NCBI GenBank assembly: GCA_965197425.1
Contig: CBDANC010000015.1
Coordinates: forward strand, 1 to 64,000
Direction: 5' to 3'
Source: Bdellovibrionales bacterium
GTDB lineage: Bacteria > Bdellovibrionota > Bdellovibrionia > Bdellovibrionales > JAUICD01
Length of the DNA stretch: 64,000 nucleotides
This document shows positions 42,815 to 52,884 of this stretch, one piece after another. The notes under the pieces were generated by a model, which saw nothing but the letters and a program-made list of their open reading frames with translations, had not been told where the DNA came from and ran no database searches. Both the position numbers and the translations under genes were made by a program. How positions within the stretch are numbered: the stretch's first letter is position 1; each line of letters starts with the position of its first letter.

Positions 42815-45526
42815 CTACTTGAGTGCGTCTATACACTTGGAGCAAATATTGGGAAATTTGTCTTTTGGATTAACAGTATCACTGTATTTCCAACACCTAG
42901 CACATTTGTTCCCCAAAGCTTTGTATACCATAATATTATATTCTCCCGAATTTAGCTCCACATCTGATACTATGAAAAACTCACTTAGAGAATCTTTGTA
43001 CCTAGAGATAAGTTCATAGGTTTTTTTATCTAAAGTCAAAGAAACTCTTGATTCTAAACTTGATCCTATCTGTTTTGATTCTCTTAAAACTTCCAATTTC
43101 TTTTTAATTTGCTCTCTTATATTGAACATTATTTCATAATCAGAATCTATTTTTGCATTTTCCCAAAGATTTTCAGAATCAGGCTGACTATCTAAAAAGA
43201 CACTTTCTTCTTTTTTATTAGGTAAAAATTCGTAAACTTCTTCCGACAAAAAGCTAAGTATAGGGGCCATAAGTCTAGTAAGATTGTCTATAAGATATAG
43301 CAATACAGTTTGAGTTGATCTTCTTAATTCACCATCCCTTTTGCTAGTATAAAGTCTGTCTTTTATTATATCCAAATATAAAGAAGACAAATCCACACTA
43401 AAAAAATTATTTAACAGATGGTATATCTTAAAAAATTCATAGTTTTCATAATAATTTCTGGAAGTTTTGATTAGCTTGTTAAGTCTGTGCAAGATCCACT
43501 GTTCAAGTGAGTGTAACTTTTCATACTGGACAAGATTATTGTGATCAAACTCGTGGAGATTTCCTAACATAAACCGCATTGTATTTCTGATCCTTCTATA
43601 GGTTTCTTTTAGTCTATCGAAGGATTCAGGGCTGCAATTTATATCTTGTGTATAGTCCTCGTGTGATGCCCAAAGTCTTAGTATTTCTGCACCATCTTTG
43701 CTTATTATATTTTTAGGATCTACAACATTACCTTTGCTTTTACTCATCTTTATGCCTTTGGAAAACATAACAAATCCATGAGTAAGCACTGTTTTAAAGG
43801 GAGCTTTTTTTTGATTAGCAATTGAAGTTAAAAGGCTTGTATGGAACCATCCTCTGTGTTGGTCACTACCTTCTAAATATATATCGGCAGGAAAAGGACG
43901 GTTTTTATATAAAGAATAGGCCCATGCAACACCACTATCAAACCACACATCTAAAATGTCCTTTCCTTTTATAAAGTCTCTAGTATTACAACAAGAAATA
44001 CTTTTGTCCAACAATGTGTCTATGTCATTTGACCAGTATTCTTCTATTCCATCTTCTTTTTCCATCAAGCTTGCTAGTCTTAGCATTGTATTTTTTTCGA
44101 TGTGTTCTTTGCCACACTTAGCACAATAAAACACCGGAATTGGTACGCCCCAAACCCTCTGTCTGCTAACACACCAATCAGGCCTTGCCTCTATCATAGA
44201 ACTTATTCTATTTGCTCCCCATTCAGGAATCCAGGAAACTTTTTGTACTTCTTCTAATGCTAGCTTTCTTACGTTTAAATCTGCATGATCCATTTTTATA
44301 AACCATTGAGGAGTAGCTCTAAAGATTACAGGAGTCTTGCTTCTCCAGCAGTGAGGATAGCTATGTTTTATCTGGTCTGCAAAAACTAGATGTCCTGATT
44401 TTCTAAACCTTTCAATTAAAAGTGGATTGGCTTCAAATACATGCACGCCTTCATAATCTGAAACTTTATTTGTATAATTCCCAAATTCATTTACGGGGCT
44501 GAATATTTCTAAGTTGTACTTTTTCCCTATCTCAAAATCTTCTTGTCCATGCCCAGGAGCTGTATGAACTATCCCAGTACCTGCGTCCAAAGTTACATGC
44601 TCTCCAGATACAATAGGAGATTCTTTTTCTGGATACATTACATGTTTTGTTTTTAAGCCTAAAAGCTTTTCACCTTTAAATGAATCAGATTTTTTCTCTA
44701 AGACTAAGCCAGTTGTATTTTCGAAGTGCTCTTTCAGTCCATCTGCCATTATCACATAGTCACAAGACAGTTTATATATGCTGTAATCAAATTCTTCTTT
44801 TACAGCGTGGGCCCTGTTAGCAGGTATTGTCCAGGGAGTGGTTGTCCAAATCATTATGCTTAGGTTTTTATATTTAAAAGGGCTTTTCGTAATTGGAAAC
44901 TTAACATAAATAGAAGGGCTTTCTCGATCCATGTACTCTATCTCTGCTTCAGCAAGAGATGTTTGTAGAGCGTAACACCAATAAACCGCTTTTTCGCCAC
45001 GATACAAGAGGCCTTTTTCCACTAAATCAGAAAGCACTCTGATTTGTGAAGCCTCATATTCTCTATCCAAAGTGAGATAAGGTTTGTCCCAAGTAGCTAA
45101 AACCCCAAATCTAATAAATTGTTGAGTTTGAATTTTTACCCACTTGTTTGCTTCATCTCTACATAACTTTCTTATCTGGCTGTCAGTTTTTTCTTTTAGG
45201 TTGAATTTTTTGGTAACCACATGCTCAATTGGCAAACCATGGCAATCCCAGCTAGGTAAAAACTCTGCACTATACCCAGTCATGTTTTTGTACTTAATTA
45301 CTATGTCTTTAAGCACCTTATTTAAAACATGCCCCATATGTAACTCACCATTGGCATAAGGTGGACCATCTATTAGAGTAAATGGTTTTTTGTTTTTATT
45401 TACCTGCTTGGCATGTAAACCTATACTGTTCCACTGTTTAATAATTTCAGGTTCCCTTTGAGGAAGATTACCTTTCATAGGAAAGTTGGTTTTAGGCAAA
45501 TTAAGAGTGTGTTTATAATCCTGCAA
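42815..45526 (-). CDS. ileS: Isoleucine-tRNA ligase (type 1)
   Basis: HMGH, WTTTPWT, KMSKS and C-terminal CARC..CSKC; start taken at TTG 45526 after GGAG. Confidence 0.97.
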   Translation of the reverse strand: MQDYKHTLNLPKTNFPMKGNLPQREPEIIKQWNSIGLHAKQVNKNKKPFTLIDGPPYANGELHMGHVLNKVLKDIVIKYKNMTGYSAEFLPSWDCHGLPIEHVVTKKFNLKEKTDSQIRKLCRDEANKWVKIQTQQFIRFGVLATWDKPYLTLDREYEASQIRVLSDLVEKGLLYRGEKAVYWCYALQTSLAEAEIEYMDRESPSIYVKFPITKSPFKYKNLSIMIWTTTPWTIPANRAHAVKEEFDYSIYKLSCDYVIMADGLKEHFENTTGLVLEKKSDSFKGEKLLGLKTKHVMYPEKESPIVSGEHVTLDAGTGIVHTAPGHGQEDFEIGKKYNLEIFSPVNEFGNYTNKVSDYEGVHVFEANPLLIERFRKSGHLVFADQIKHSYPHCWRSKTPVIFRATPQWFIKMDHADLNVRKLALEEVQKVSWIPEWGANRISSMIEARPDWCVSRQRVWGVPIPVFYCAKCGKEHIEKNTMLRLASLMEKEDGIEEYWSNDIDTLLDKSISCCNTRDFIKGKDILDVWFDSGVAWAYSLYKNRPFPADIYLEGSDQHRGWFHTSLLTSIANQKKAPFKTVLTHGFVMFSKGIKMSKSKGNVVDPKNIISKDGAEILRLWASHEDYTQDINCSPESFDRLKETYRRIRNTMRFMLGNLHEFDHNNLVQYEKLHSLEQWILHRLNKLIKTSRNYYENYEFFKIYHLLNNFFSVDLSSLYLDIIKDRLYTSKRDGELRRSTQTVLLYLIDNLTRLMAPILSFLSEEVYEFLPNKKEESVFLDSQPDSENLWENAKIDSDYEIMFNIREQIKKKLEVLRESKQIGSSLESRVSLTLDKKTYELISRYKDSLSEFFIVSDVELNSGEYNIMVYKALGNKCARCWKYSDTVNPKDKFPNICSKCIDALK

Positions 45527-45834
45527 GGCTAATACTCCCAAAAATAAAACTTGTAGTTTTCAATCCAAGAGAGACTACCAAATTGTACTTAATCTCGCCA
45601 GCACCTAGAAAGCTTGTAAAAAAATCATGTTTACTTTCAAACATAATCGTCACTTTATCACTAAAGGTTTTTAATACTAAATACTTACCAAAAACCCTAG
45701 ATATTAAACCCAAAACTAGACATACTATGTGAGGCATGCGTAGCGTCACATAGGTCTTTATCAAATTTTTACATAGGCAATTTATTTGTTCTTGAAAAGT
45801 ATTATTTTGCAAACTACTCTTCTAGGCTTATTAA

Positions 45835-46116
45835 ATGGAATTACCTGATGTACAAATACAGAGGCTGGCACGAAATATTGTGGATAGCCTTGAGAGGGAC
45901 AATGCGTCTCAGTTTATTTCCAAAAAGGAGGTTGTGATATCTAAAACCTCAGATATTATAAAGGACAATTTTAATGCTGAAAAAAAACTAGATATTGAAG
46001 CAAGGCGACTAGCAGATCAGTTGATTGCGGGCTCAGGTGACTCCTCACTTGATAGACATAAGTTATTTAAAATGACAAAGAAACGGTTGGCTAAGAGAAA
46101 AGGCTTTATACTATGA
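45835..46116 (+). CDS. DUF507 family protein
   Basis: EKKLDIEAR...KLFKMTKKRLAKRKGFIL; paired with the next gene. Confidence 0.75.
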   Translation: MELPDVQIQRLARNIVDSLERDNASQFISKKEVVISKTSDIIKDNFNAEKKLDIEARRLADQLIAGSGDSSLDRHKLFKMTKKRLAKRKGFIL

Positions 46117-46370
46117 TTTCTCTGGATAGACAGGCTTACTTGGCAAAAGAAATTATAAATGGTTTAGGTGAACATCTAAAAATTGATAATAAAGATAGAG
46201 CGGTGAAAATTGCAAAAAGGACAATTGAACAATTTGTATCCTCTTTGTCTGACATAGATACTGTTGTGAAACAAAAAATTACTTCGATAAAAAGGGGCAT
46301 TATGGAAGGAACAAGTGAATGGAAAGCACTTTATGACAGGTTCTATTTAGAAGAGTTAAATAAGAGATGA
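46113..46370 (+). CDS. DUF507 family protein
   Basis: KITSIKRGIMEGTSEWKALY...EELNKR. Confidence 0.75.
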   Translation: MISLDRQAYLAKEIINGLGEHLKIDNKDRAVKIAKRTIEQFVSSLSDIDTVVKQKITSIKRGIMEGTSEWKALYDRFYLEELNKR

Positions 46371-47692
46371 GGATTTTTGTTCTATTCTTGTGTCTTTTTT
46401 TTGCTCACCAAAGTTTTGGGTTCGATTTTAGTTTTCACGGAGGCTATAAGTTTGGTGGAACTTATTTAAATCAAGAATCTGATACAGAAGGTGAAGAAAA
46501 CTTCACCAAAACATATCTAATGCACAATCTAATTTTGGCTCCAGAGATAGTTGCATATGACGACATTAATATCTACACAAGACTTGGTATATTTAACTCT
46601 GATTACTCAGAATACTTGGGAGGGAGTTTTTTAGGAGGTAATAAGATAGGAAACTTCCAATATCAAATGCCATCTGGAATATATGCTAGCCTAGCTTATT
46701 TGTCCTGGACAAGGGAGTATGGAAGTCTGCTATTAGGTAGAATTCCTTTGAATTTTGGGTTGGGCTTAAATCTATCGGATAAAGGGGAACATTATTTAGA
46801 TAACCTAGATGGGATGGCAATAAAAGCAATACTAGGAAACTTTACTCTTATGCCAGCTTATGGAGTCTCCAAATCAGAAGGAACCACCATAGAAGCAAGT
46901 GAATTTATTGTAAACTTGCTATATGAAATTCCAGAAATTACTCTAGGGGCTGTTTATCATAGAAAAATTGGGCACTCTGAAGGAACAGAGTCAGACGGTC
47001 TCTACAGCACTGATACATCAGAATCTATAGGAAGCGTAGGCATAACATCCATGGGTGCATATGTTGAAAAATCTTATAAAAAACTCAAACTTAGATCAGA
47101 GCTAACTATTCAATCAGGTGGCACAGGTATTACGCCATCAGATAGTACCGAAGGAGAGCTTACATTGGATGCATTTGGATTAGCTGCAGTACTAAGTGCA
47201 GATGATGTTGTCTTAAACAACAAAATGGGATTTGGCCTTCACACAGGTTACATCTCCGGAGATGATCCAGAAACTCAAAATGTATACGAAGGATTTTTAG
47301 CAGATCGAGATTATGAAGTTGGTTTAATTTTGTTCAACCATGTTCTAACAGAGGACTTTTTAGGTACCAAAAGATTTTTTGACAAAGATAATTTAGATGT
47401 AACTAGTGTACCTGATGTTGAGTTTTTAACAAACTCTTTCTATATGTCAGGAGAGGTAAACTATTCTCTTACAGAAAAAATAAATCTAAAAACAAATATT
47501 CTGTTGGCAAAGATACTAAATATAAATCTCAATGAAGATATTAGCCAATATGGCGTGGAACTTGATTTTAGGGCTGATTATAAAATAAATGACATTACAA
47601 ATATCTCATTAGATCTGGGTTACTTATTCCCGGGGGGAGTAGTACCCTTCGGTGCAATGGCTGCACAAGCTAATTTACATTTTTTATTTTGA
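46367..47692 (+). CDS. Putative outer-membrane beta-barrel protein
   Basis: Signal peptide, GRIPLNFGLG, SGDDP, GVELD and C-terminal Phe. Confidence 0.7.
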   Translation: MRIFVLFLCLFFAHQSFGFDFSFHGGYKFGGTYLNQESDTEGEENFTKTYLMHNLILAPEIVAYDDINIYTRLGIFNSDYSEYLGGSFLGGNKIGNFQYQMPSGIYASLAYLSWTREYGSLLLGRIPLNFGLGLNLSDKGEHYLDNLDGMAIKAILGNFTLMPAYGVSKSEGTTIEASEFIVNLLYEIPEITLGAVYHRKIGHSEGTESDGLYSTDTSESIGSVGITSMGAYVEKSYKKLKLRSELTIQSGGTGITPSDSTEGELTLDAFGLAAVLSADDVVLNNKMGFGLHTGYISGDDPETQNVYEGFLADRDYEVGLILFNHVLTEDFLGTKRFFDKDNLDVTSVPDVEFLTNSFYMSGEVNYSLTEKINLKTNILLAKILNINLNEDISQYGVELDFRADYKINDITNISLDLGYLFPGGVVPFGAMAAQANLHFLF

Positions 47693-50215
47693 TTATAGAA
47701 TTTTTAAGACAGTCTGAACAATATTATCAGAATTCAACCCGTGATAAGTATATATATCACTTGGGTTGCCACATTTAGAGTGAACTCTTGTAGCAAGTGT
47801 TTCTGATTTTGCACCTAATATAGAACCAGCATTATCTAAAAGGCCAGGCTCTCCATCATGGATTGTAACTATAGGAGCATTTTGTGCTATAAGACTTTTA
47901 AAGTGCAAAAATTCATTTTTGTATGCTAAATTACCTAGTAGTAGATCAGGGCTTGTAACCACCAATAAGTTTGCATAAATTCCAAACTTTAATAATTTGT
48001 CAGACGCTTCTATTGCTTCCGTTGTAAGAGAGCCCATAGACACTAGATTTATTACATTATCTCCTACTTCATATGCATGATAGTTGGAATAGTTTATCAA
48101 ACTATATCCTCCTGCAAGCACATCAAATTTTACTGTATTTAAAATTTCATTGTCATTTATATTAGAAACTGTTTGTTCATAAGCAAATGTTGTATTCTCT
48201 TCCGCACTCAAAATGTTCTTGTCTGTTTTAAACCTGCTTTGTTTTTTTAAATATTTTAATAAGTCTTTTTGCTGAACACCTCTTGTAGTTGCCCTTATTA
48301 AAACTCCTGTCCTGTCTTTGTTATTTCCAAAGTGTCTTTTTAAAGCATCTACAAAAATCCAATCCATTTCCTGGCAGAAAAAAGGTTCCCATGTAATTTG
48401 ATTGGGAATTTGAAAATCTGATTTCCAACCATGCTGAGCTCCTTCAGGAGATAAAGTAATTCCAGAAGGAGTACCTATTAAAATAAAATTAGAATCCCAA
48501 TATAAATTGTAAAAGTACTGGTCATGAGCTCTTTTTATAAAAAAATCATATATAGACATGATGGGTATTATAGGGGCTCCCAACAATTCTTTTATTTTAC
48601 CAAAAGATCCAACACAGCTCATTGTGTTTGCTTCTGTTATATCAAACCTAAAAAACCTATTTGTATTATCTTTATCAGGAGCAAGGTGCGGTGATTTTGG
48701 ATCCCTAACATTCAGATCGCTTTCTAAATCATGAACTTTAGTACCATATACTTTTCCATCCATAGTAGGATTTAAGTTTGTAGAAGTTCCAACATCAGGA
48801 GACATTATAGCTAAGAGCTTAGCTATAGGCTTAAACATCTTTTCGTTTTTTTCTTTAACCTCAGTGTTAGCTATTCTGGTAAGTTTAGCTATTAGTTGCC
48901 CTAGCATCCACTGTGTGTGCGGAAAAATAGCAAATTTTAAATTTATATCTAAACTGTCAGGAATATCTGTAATGTTAATCTTGTTGTTTTGCTTTATCTT
49001 TGACACCTGCTTAAAGTCATCCAATAGTTCAGTGTGTCTTTTTTGTAAAAACTTATGCACATCTGTACCAGGTTTAAAAGTTTCAAAAGTATCTTGTACA
49101 TTTTCTATGTTTTTTAAATAGGAAACCTCTTCTTTGGTTGGCAATGTATTATGATTAGAGCATTCGGCTTTTGATTTAAGACCCCAACCTTTAACAGTGT
49201 GTGCAATTATTATTGTGGGTCTATCTGATGTTTTGCTTTGATTTAAACATTTGAGTATCTCTAAAAAGTCATGGCCTCCAAAATCATTCAAACCACCTGC
49301 TAAATCTTCATCACTTATATTATCTAAAAATAATTTTAGGTTTGTGTTTTGTTCTAAAATTTTTTCTCTTACATCAGATATGTTGGAAGACAAAATAAGT
49401 GCTTGTAGTTCAAAATCTGATAAATCTTTTTCTAGTAAATTTTTAAAAAACTCTCCGCCAGGTTTTGTAAATAATTTTTGTCTTAAACTACCATGTTGTA
49501 GTTCAATGCAATTCCAACCGTTAACCTTAGCTGTATGATATATTCTTTCGCAGTCATTTCCATAAACATTTTGGTCTATTACTCTATGGCCATCTAAACT
49601 CTGTCTGTTATAATCTATGATCCAGGTTACATTATTTAAATTTCTTTCAGCAAAATCAGGCATGGCTTCCATAAGTGATCCTTCCCTAAACTCAGAATCT
49701 CCAATCAAAGCCCAAAAGTGTGCCTTATCAGGTATAGTAAAACCTTGTGCTTGCGCAAATTTGTAAGCCAAGGCTAAATAACCTAAATTGACAGGAGGAA
49801 TACCAACAGTGCCCGAAGGAAGAAATCCCATATGATCAGGATCGTATTTAGAATGATAGGATTGAAATACGTACTCATCATTAGAAAAAGCTCTTAAGTT
49901 ATGCATGGCTTTTACTGCTTGATCTTTGCTAATAGGATTTAGGTTTTTATCTAATAATAAGTTTAGCAAATAATTATAAGAATGGTCACAAGGAGCAGCA
50001 TGGGGCTTTACAGCCATATAGTCAAACCCTGATTTAACAACTAAATGTAATGCTCCTAACAAATGTAGTGAGCTGGCGCAAGCAGCAGGGTGACCACCAA
50101 TTTTAGGATCCCCTTTTTGTTTGTCACTTCTATTGTTTGCTAGATAAATCATCTGTACAGTGAAGTACAAAGCTCTCTTTGCTACAGAGTTTAGTAGGTT
50201 GATATTATGATCCAT
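47693..50215 (-). CDS. aceE: Pyruvate dehydrogenase E1, single-chain AceE/transketolase-like
   Basis: KIGGH, TPP motif GDSE...DYNRQSLDG, HTVKG and SPEGAQH. Confidence 0.8.
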   Translation of the reverse strand: MDHNINLLNSVAKRALYFTVQMIYLANNRSDKQKGDPKIGGHPAACASSLHLLGALHLVVKSGFDYMAVKPHAAPCDHSYNYLLNLLLDKNLNPISKDQAVKAMHNLRAFSNDEYVFQSYHSKYDPDHMGFLPSGTVGIPPVNLGYLALAYKFAQAQGFTIPDKAHFWALIGDSEFREGSLMEAMPDFAERNLNNVTWIIDYNRQSLDGHRVIDQNVYGNDCERIYHTAKVNGWNCIELQHGSLRQKLFTKPGGEFFKNLLEKDLSDFELQALILSSNISDVREKILEQNTNLKLFLDNISDEDLAGGLNDFGGHDFLEILKCLNQSKTSDRPTIIIAHTVKGWGLKSKAECSNHNTLPTKEEVSYLKNIENVQDTFETFKPGTDVHKFLQKRHTELLDDFKQVSKIKQNNKINITDIPDSLDINLKFAIFPHTQWMLGQLIAKLTRIANTEVKEKNEKMFKPIAKLLAIMSPDVGTSTNLNPTMDGKVYGTKVHDLESDLNVRDPKSPHLAPDKDNTNRFFRFDITEANTMSCVGSFGKIKELLGAPIIPIMSIYDFFIKRAHDQYFYNLYWDSNFILIGTPSGITLSPEGAQHGWKSDFQIPNQITWEPFFCQEMDWIFVDALKRHFGNNKDRTGVLIRATTRGVQQKDLLKYLKKQSRFKTDKNILSAEENTTFAYEQTVSNINDNEILNTVKFDVLAGGYSLINYSNYHAYEVGDNVINLVSMGSLTTEAIEASDKLLKFGIYANLLVVTSPDLLLGNLAYKNEFLHFKSLIAQNAPIVTIHDGEPGLLDNAGSILGAKSETLATRVHSKCGNPSDIYTYHGLNSDNIVQTVLKIL

Positions 50216-50289
50216 ATGAAACCTTATTAGAGAGTAAATGATACAGTAAGTAGGTCAATGTTTCAAGCATAAGATAGTAGTGCTGGGGT

Positions 50290-51867
50290 CTACTTGTTTT
50301 TCGAGATAGCAGCTTTAATTAAACCATCAAACAAAGGGTGTGGGAGGAAGGGTTTTGACTTAAACTCTGGGTGAAACTGAACTCCAATAAACCAGGGATG
50401 GTCTTTTATTTCAATCATTTCAATTAAATTTTTTTCTTTGTTTATCCCAGACAAAATCAATCCATGTTTTTTTAAAACAGATGCATATTTATTGTTTACT
50501 TCATATCTGTGCCTATGCCGCTCTTTAATCTTTGTTTTCTTATAGAGTCTTTTGGCCAAAGTATTGTTAGATAAATGGCAAGTATATGATCCCAATCTCA
50601 TTGTTCCACCCTTATTTATTTTTTTCTTTTGATCTTTCATAGTATGAATAATATGAGTACCAGTTTTTGAAAACTCACTACTAGTTGCCGTTTTAATGCC
50701 ACATATGTTTTTTGCATATTCAATTATACAAAGTTGCATTCCAAGACAAATGCCTAGGAATGGAATTTTATTTTCCCTAGCATATTTAGCTGCTGCAATT
50801 TTTCCTTTAATACCTCTGTTACCAAAACCTCCTGGAATTATAACGGCGTCTATATTTTTTAAACTATTTTCTTTAAATTTCTCTGAGTCTATGTATCTAA
50901 TTTCAATTCTTACCCTATTTTTTATACCACTGTGAATTATTGCTTCATGTAGAGATTTGTAACTTTCCTTTAAATCCACATACTTACCTATAAATGCTAT
51001 TTTTACTTTTTGTGTTGCTTTTTTCAGATCTAGTATTACGTTGTTCCATTTAGATATGTTGGGCTTTTTACTTTTCAGCTTCAGTTTTTTAACTATGTTT
51101 GTGTCTAGTGATTCTTTATGCATAAAAATAGGAAGAGTATAGATAGATTCTACATCTGGTGATGAAACAATTTTGTCTATATCCACACTGCATTGGAGAG
51201 ATATTTTTTCCTTAGCACTAGAAGTAATTATATCTTTGCTTCTACAAACCAAAAAATCTGGTTGCAATCCAAGGCTTCTCAACTCTCTTACAGAGTGTTG
51301 AGTGGGTTTTGTTTTGATCTCACCCGCAACATCAATTTTTGGGAGCAAGGTAACATGAACGATAACAGAATTTCCTGCACCTACACTACTTCTGACCTGC
51401 CGTATGGTCTCTAAAAATGGCAACCCCTCAATATCTCCTACGGTTCCTCCTATCTCTACCAAGGTAACTTCTTTGTTTTTTGACACTTTAAAAATACGTC
51501 TCTTTATTTCGTCTGTTATGTGCGGGATGACTTGTACAGTGCCTCCCAAATATTTGCCTTGTCTTTCATTTTGTATAACTGTCTCATATATCTGCCCGGT
51601 GCTAACAGAGTTTTGATAAGACATAGTACAATTTGTAAATCTCTCGTAATGCCCTAAATCCAGATCTGTTTCTGCACCATCCTCAGTAACATATACTTCA
51701 CCATGTTGAAATGGATTCATCGTTCCAGGGTCTACATTTATGTAAGGGTCAAATTTTATTATAGAGATTTTATGACCTCTTTCCTCAAGAAGTGATGCAA
51801 TTGATGCCGTCGTAAGACCTTTCCCTACAGACGATGCCACGCCCCCTGTTATAAAAATATATTTCAA
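50290..51867 (-). CDS. pyrG: CTP synthase
   Basis: YIFITGGVASSVGKG, GICLGMQ and QFHPE; likely start TTG 51867 after AGGAG. Confidence 0.97.
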   Translation of the reverse strand: MKYIFITGGVASSVGKGLTTASIASLLEERGHKISIIKFDPYINVDPGTMNPFQHGEVYVTEDGAETDLDLGHYERFTNCTMSYQNSVSTGQIYETVIQNERQGKYLGGTVQVIPHITDEIKRRIFKVSKNKEVTLVEIGGTVGDIEGLPFLETIRQVRSSVGAGNSVIVHVTLLPKIDVAGEIKTKPTQHSVRELRSLGLQPDFLVCRSKDIITSSAKEKISLQCSVDIDKIVSSPDVESIYTLPIFMHKESLDTNIVKKLKLKSKKPNISKWNNVILDLKKATQKVKIAFIGKYVDLKESYKSLHEAIIHSGIKNRVRIEIRYIDSEKFKENSLKNIDAVIIPGGFGNRGIKGKIAAAKYARENKIPFLGICLGMQLCIIEYAKNICGIKTATSSEFSKTGTHIIHTMKDQKKKINKGGTMRLGSYTCHLSNNTLAKRLYKKTKIKERHRHRYEVNNKYASVLKKHGLILSGINKEKNLIEMIEIKDHPWFIGVQFHPEFKSKPFLPHPLFDGLIKAAISKNK

Positions 51868-51889
51868 ATTCTCACTCCTATTAGTCTTT

Positions 51890-52199
51890 GGTCTCATTAA
51901 ACTTACTTTTAGCAAATGGATCGGCATCGTGTCCAGAGCTGGGCAACCATTCAGCTAAAAAAGTTTCTTTGCTCAGCGACGTGCTTTGCACACCGCTACG
52001 CCAATCAACTTTTATTAGCCTAATTAGGAAGACCTTTGGCAAATGGATCGGCATCGTGTCCAGAGCTGGGCAACCTCTCAGTAAAAAAACCGACCTTGGG
52101 GAGGTTGTTTCAATTGGAAAACATAAAGATTTATCTCGTGAGCCAATTGAACCAAAGAAGGCAAAGCCTCCTTATTTTTTACCTCGTTAACCTCACCTT
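51890..52199 (-). repeat. Locus B of the dispersed repeat family: two tandem units (127 and 163 bp)
   Basis: Identical 37-mer GCAAATGGATCGGCATCGTGTCCAGAGCTGGGCAACC at 51912 and 52039; same end motifs as loci A and C. Confidence 0.92.
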
Positions 52200-52724
52200 T
52201 AGCTTTTTTTTTACTTCTAAAATACCCTTTTTGGTTTTTGAAGAACACACAAAAACATTATTAATTCCAGACACACTCTTTATTTTATCCATTTTTTTAT
52301 TTGTATCTTTTAATTTATCAGCTTTACTTAGTATTATATAAATGGGAATCGACTTGTTTTTAGCTAATTTTATCAACATAATTTCATCTTTTGTTAAATC
52401 TCTTCGTATATCCATCAAAAGAAGCATTAGCCTTAGCTCAGATCTTGTTTGTAGATAATTTTCTACCATATTCTTCCATTTATTTATCTCATCAAAACTT
52501 CTTTTGGCATAACCATATCCTGGCATATCTACTAAAATATAATCTTTCATATCAAAAAAGTTTAAAAGATTTGTTTTGCCAGGTATTTTAGACACTCTGG
52601 CAACTTTGGCACCCGATAATGAATTTAAAAAGGAAGACTTGCCAGCGTTAGAACGACCTACCAGGGCAACTTCAGGCATTGAATGTACAGGATAGTCATA
52701 GTCACAACTTTTTATAAACATCAA
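52179..52724 (-). CDS. engB: Ribosome biogenesis GTPase YihA/YsxC
   Basis: GRSNAGKS, PGKT, DMPGYGYA and SKAD motifs. Confidence 0.95.
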   Translation of the reverse strand: MMFIKSCDYDYPVHSMPEVALVGRSNAGKSSFLNSLSGAKVARVSKIPGKTNLLNFFDMKDYILVDMPGYGYAKRSFDEINKWKNMVENYLQTRSELRLMLLLMDIRRDLTKDEIMLIKLAKNKSIPIYIILSKADKLKDTNKKMDKIKSVSGINNVFVCSSKTKKGILEVKKKLKVRLTR

Positions 52725-52726
52725 AG

Positions 52727-52855
52727 AGTCTCATTCCTGAGACTTAAAATCTCAAAAACGGTACTCAAGCTAAGGTTAAGTTTTCAAGCTGTCAATAAAT
52801 TTATAAGTGTTTATAGGTAGTAATAATTTTTAATATGTGTGGCATAATTTTTGAT
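52727..52855 (+). promoter_or_regulatory. Palindrome AGTCTCA-N4-TGAGACT (52727-52744) and sigma54-like TGGCAT-N5-TTGA (52840-52854)
   Basis: Perfect 7-bp inverted repeat ~100 bp upstream of a -24/-12-like element (GA instead of GC at -12). Confidence 0.5.
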
Positions 52856-52884
52856 TACCTTATTTGAGCTGAGGAGGATTTCTT

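Noticed and set aside
51912..52075. Two identical 37-bp repeats as a CRISPR array
   Set aside because: The 90-bp gap is too long, the interiors recur at other loci and are self-complementary, and there are no cas genes or leader.
51888..52341. ORFs containing GSASCPELGN
   Set aside because: They are translations of the repeat, antisense to engB/pyrG, and the frame is not kept at the other loci.
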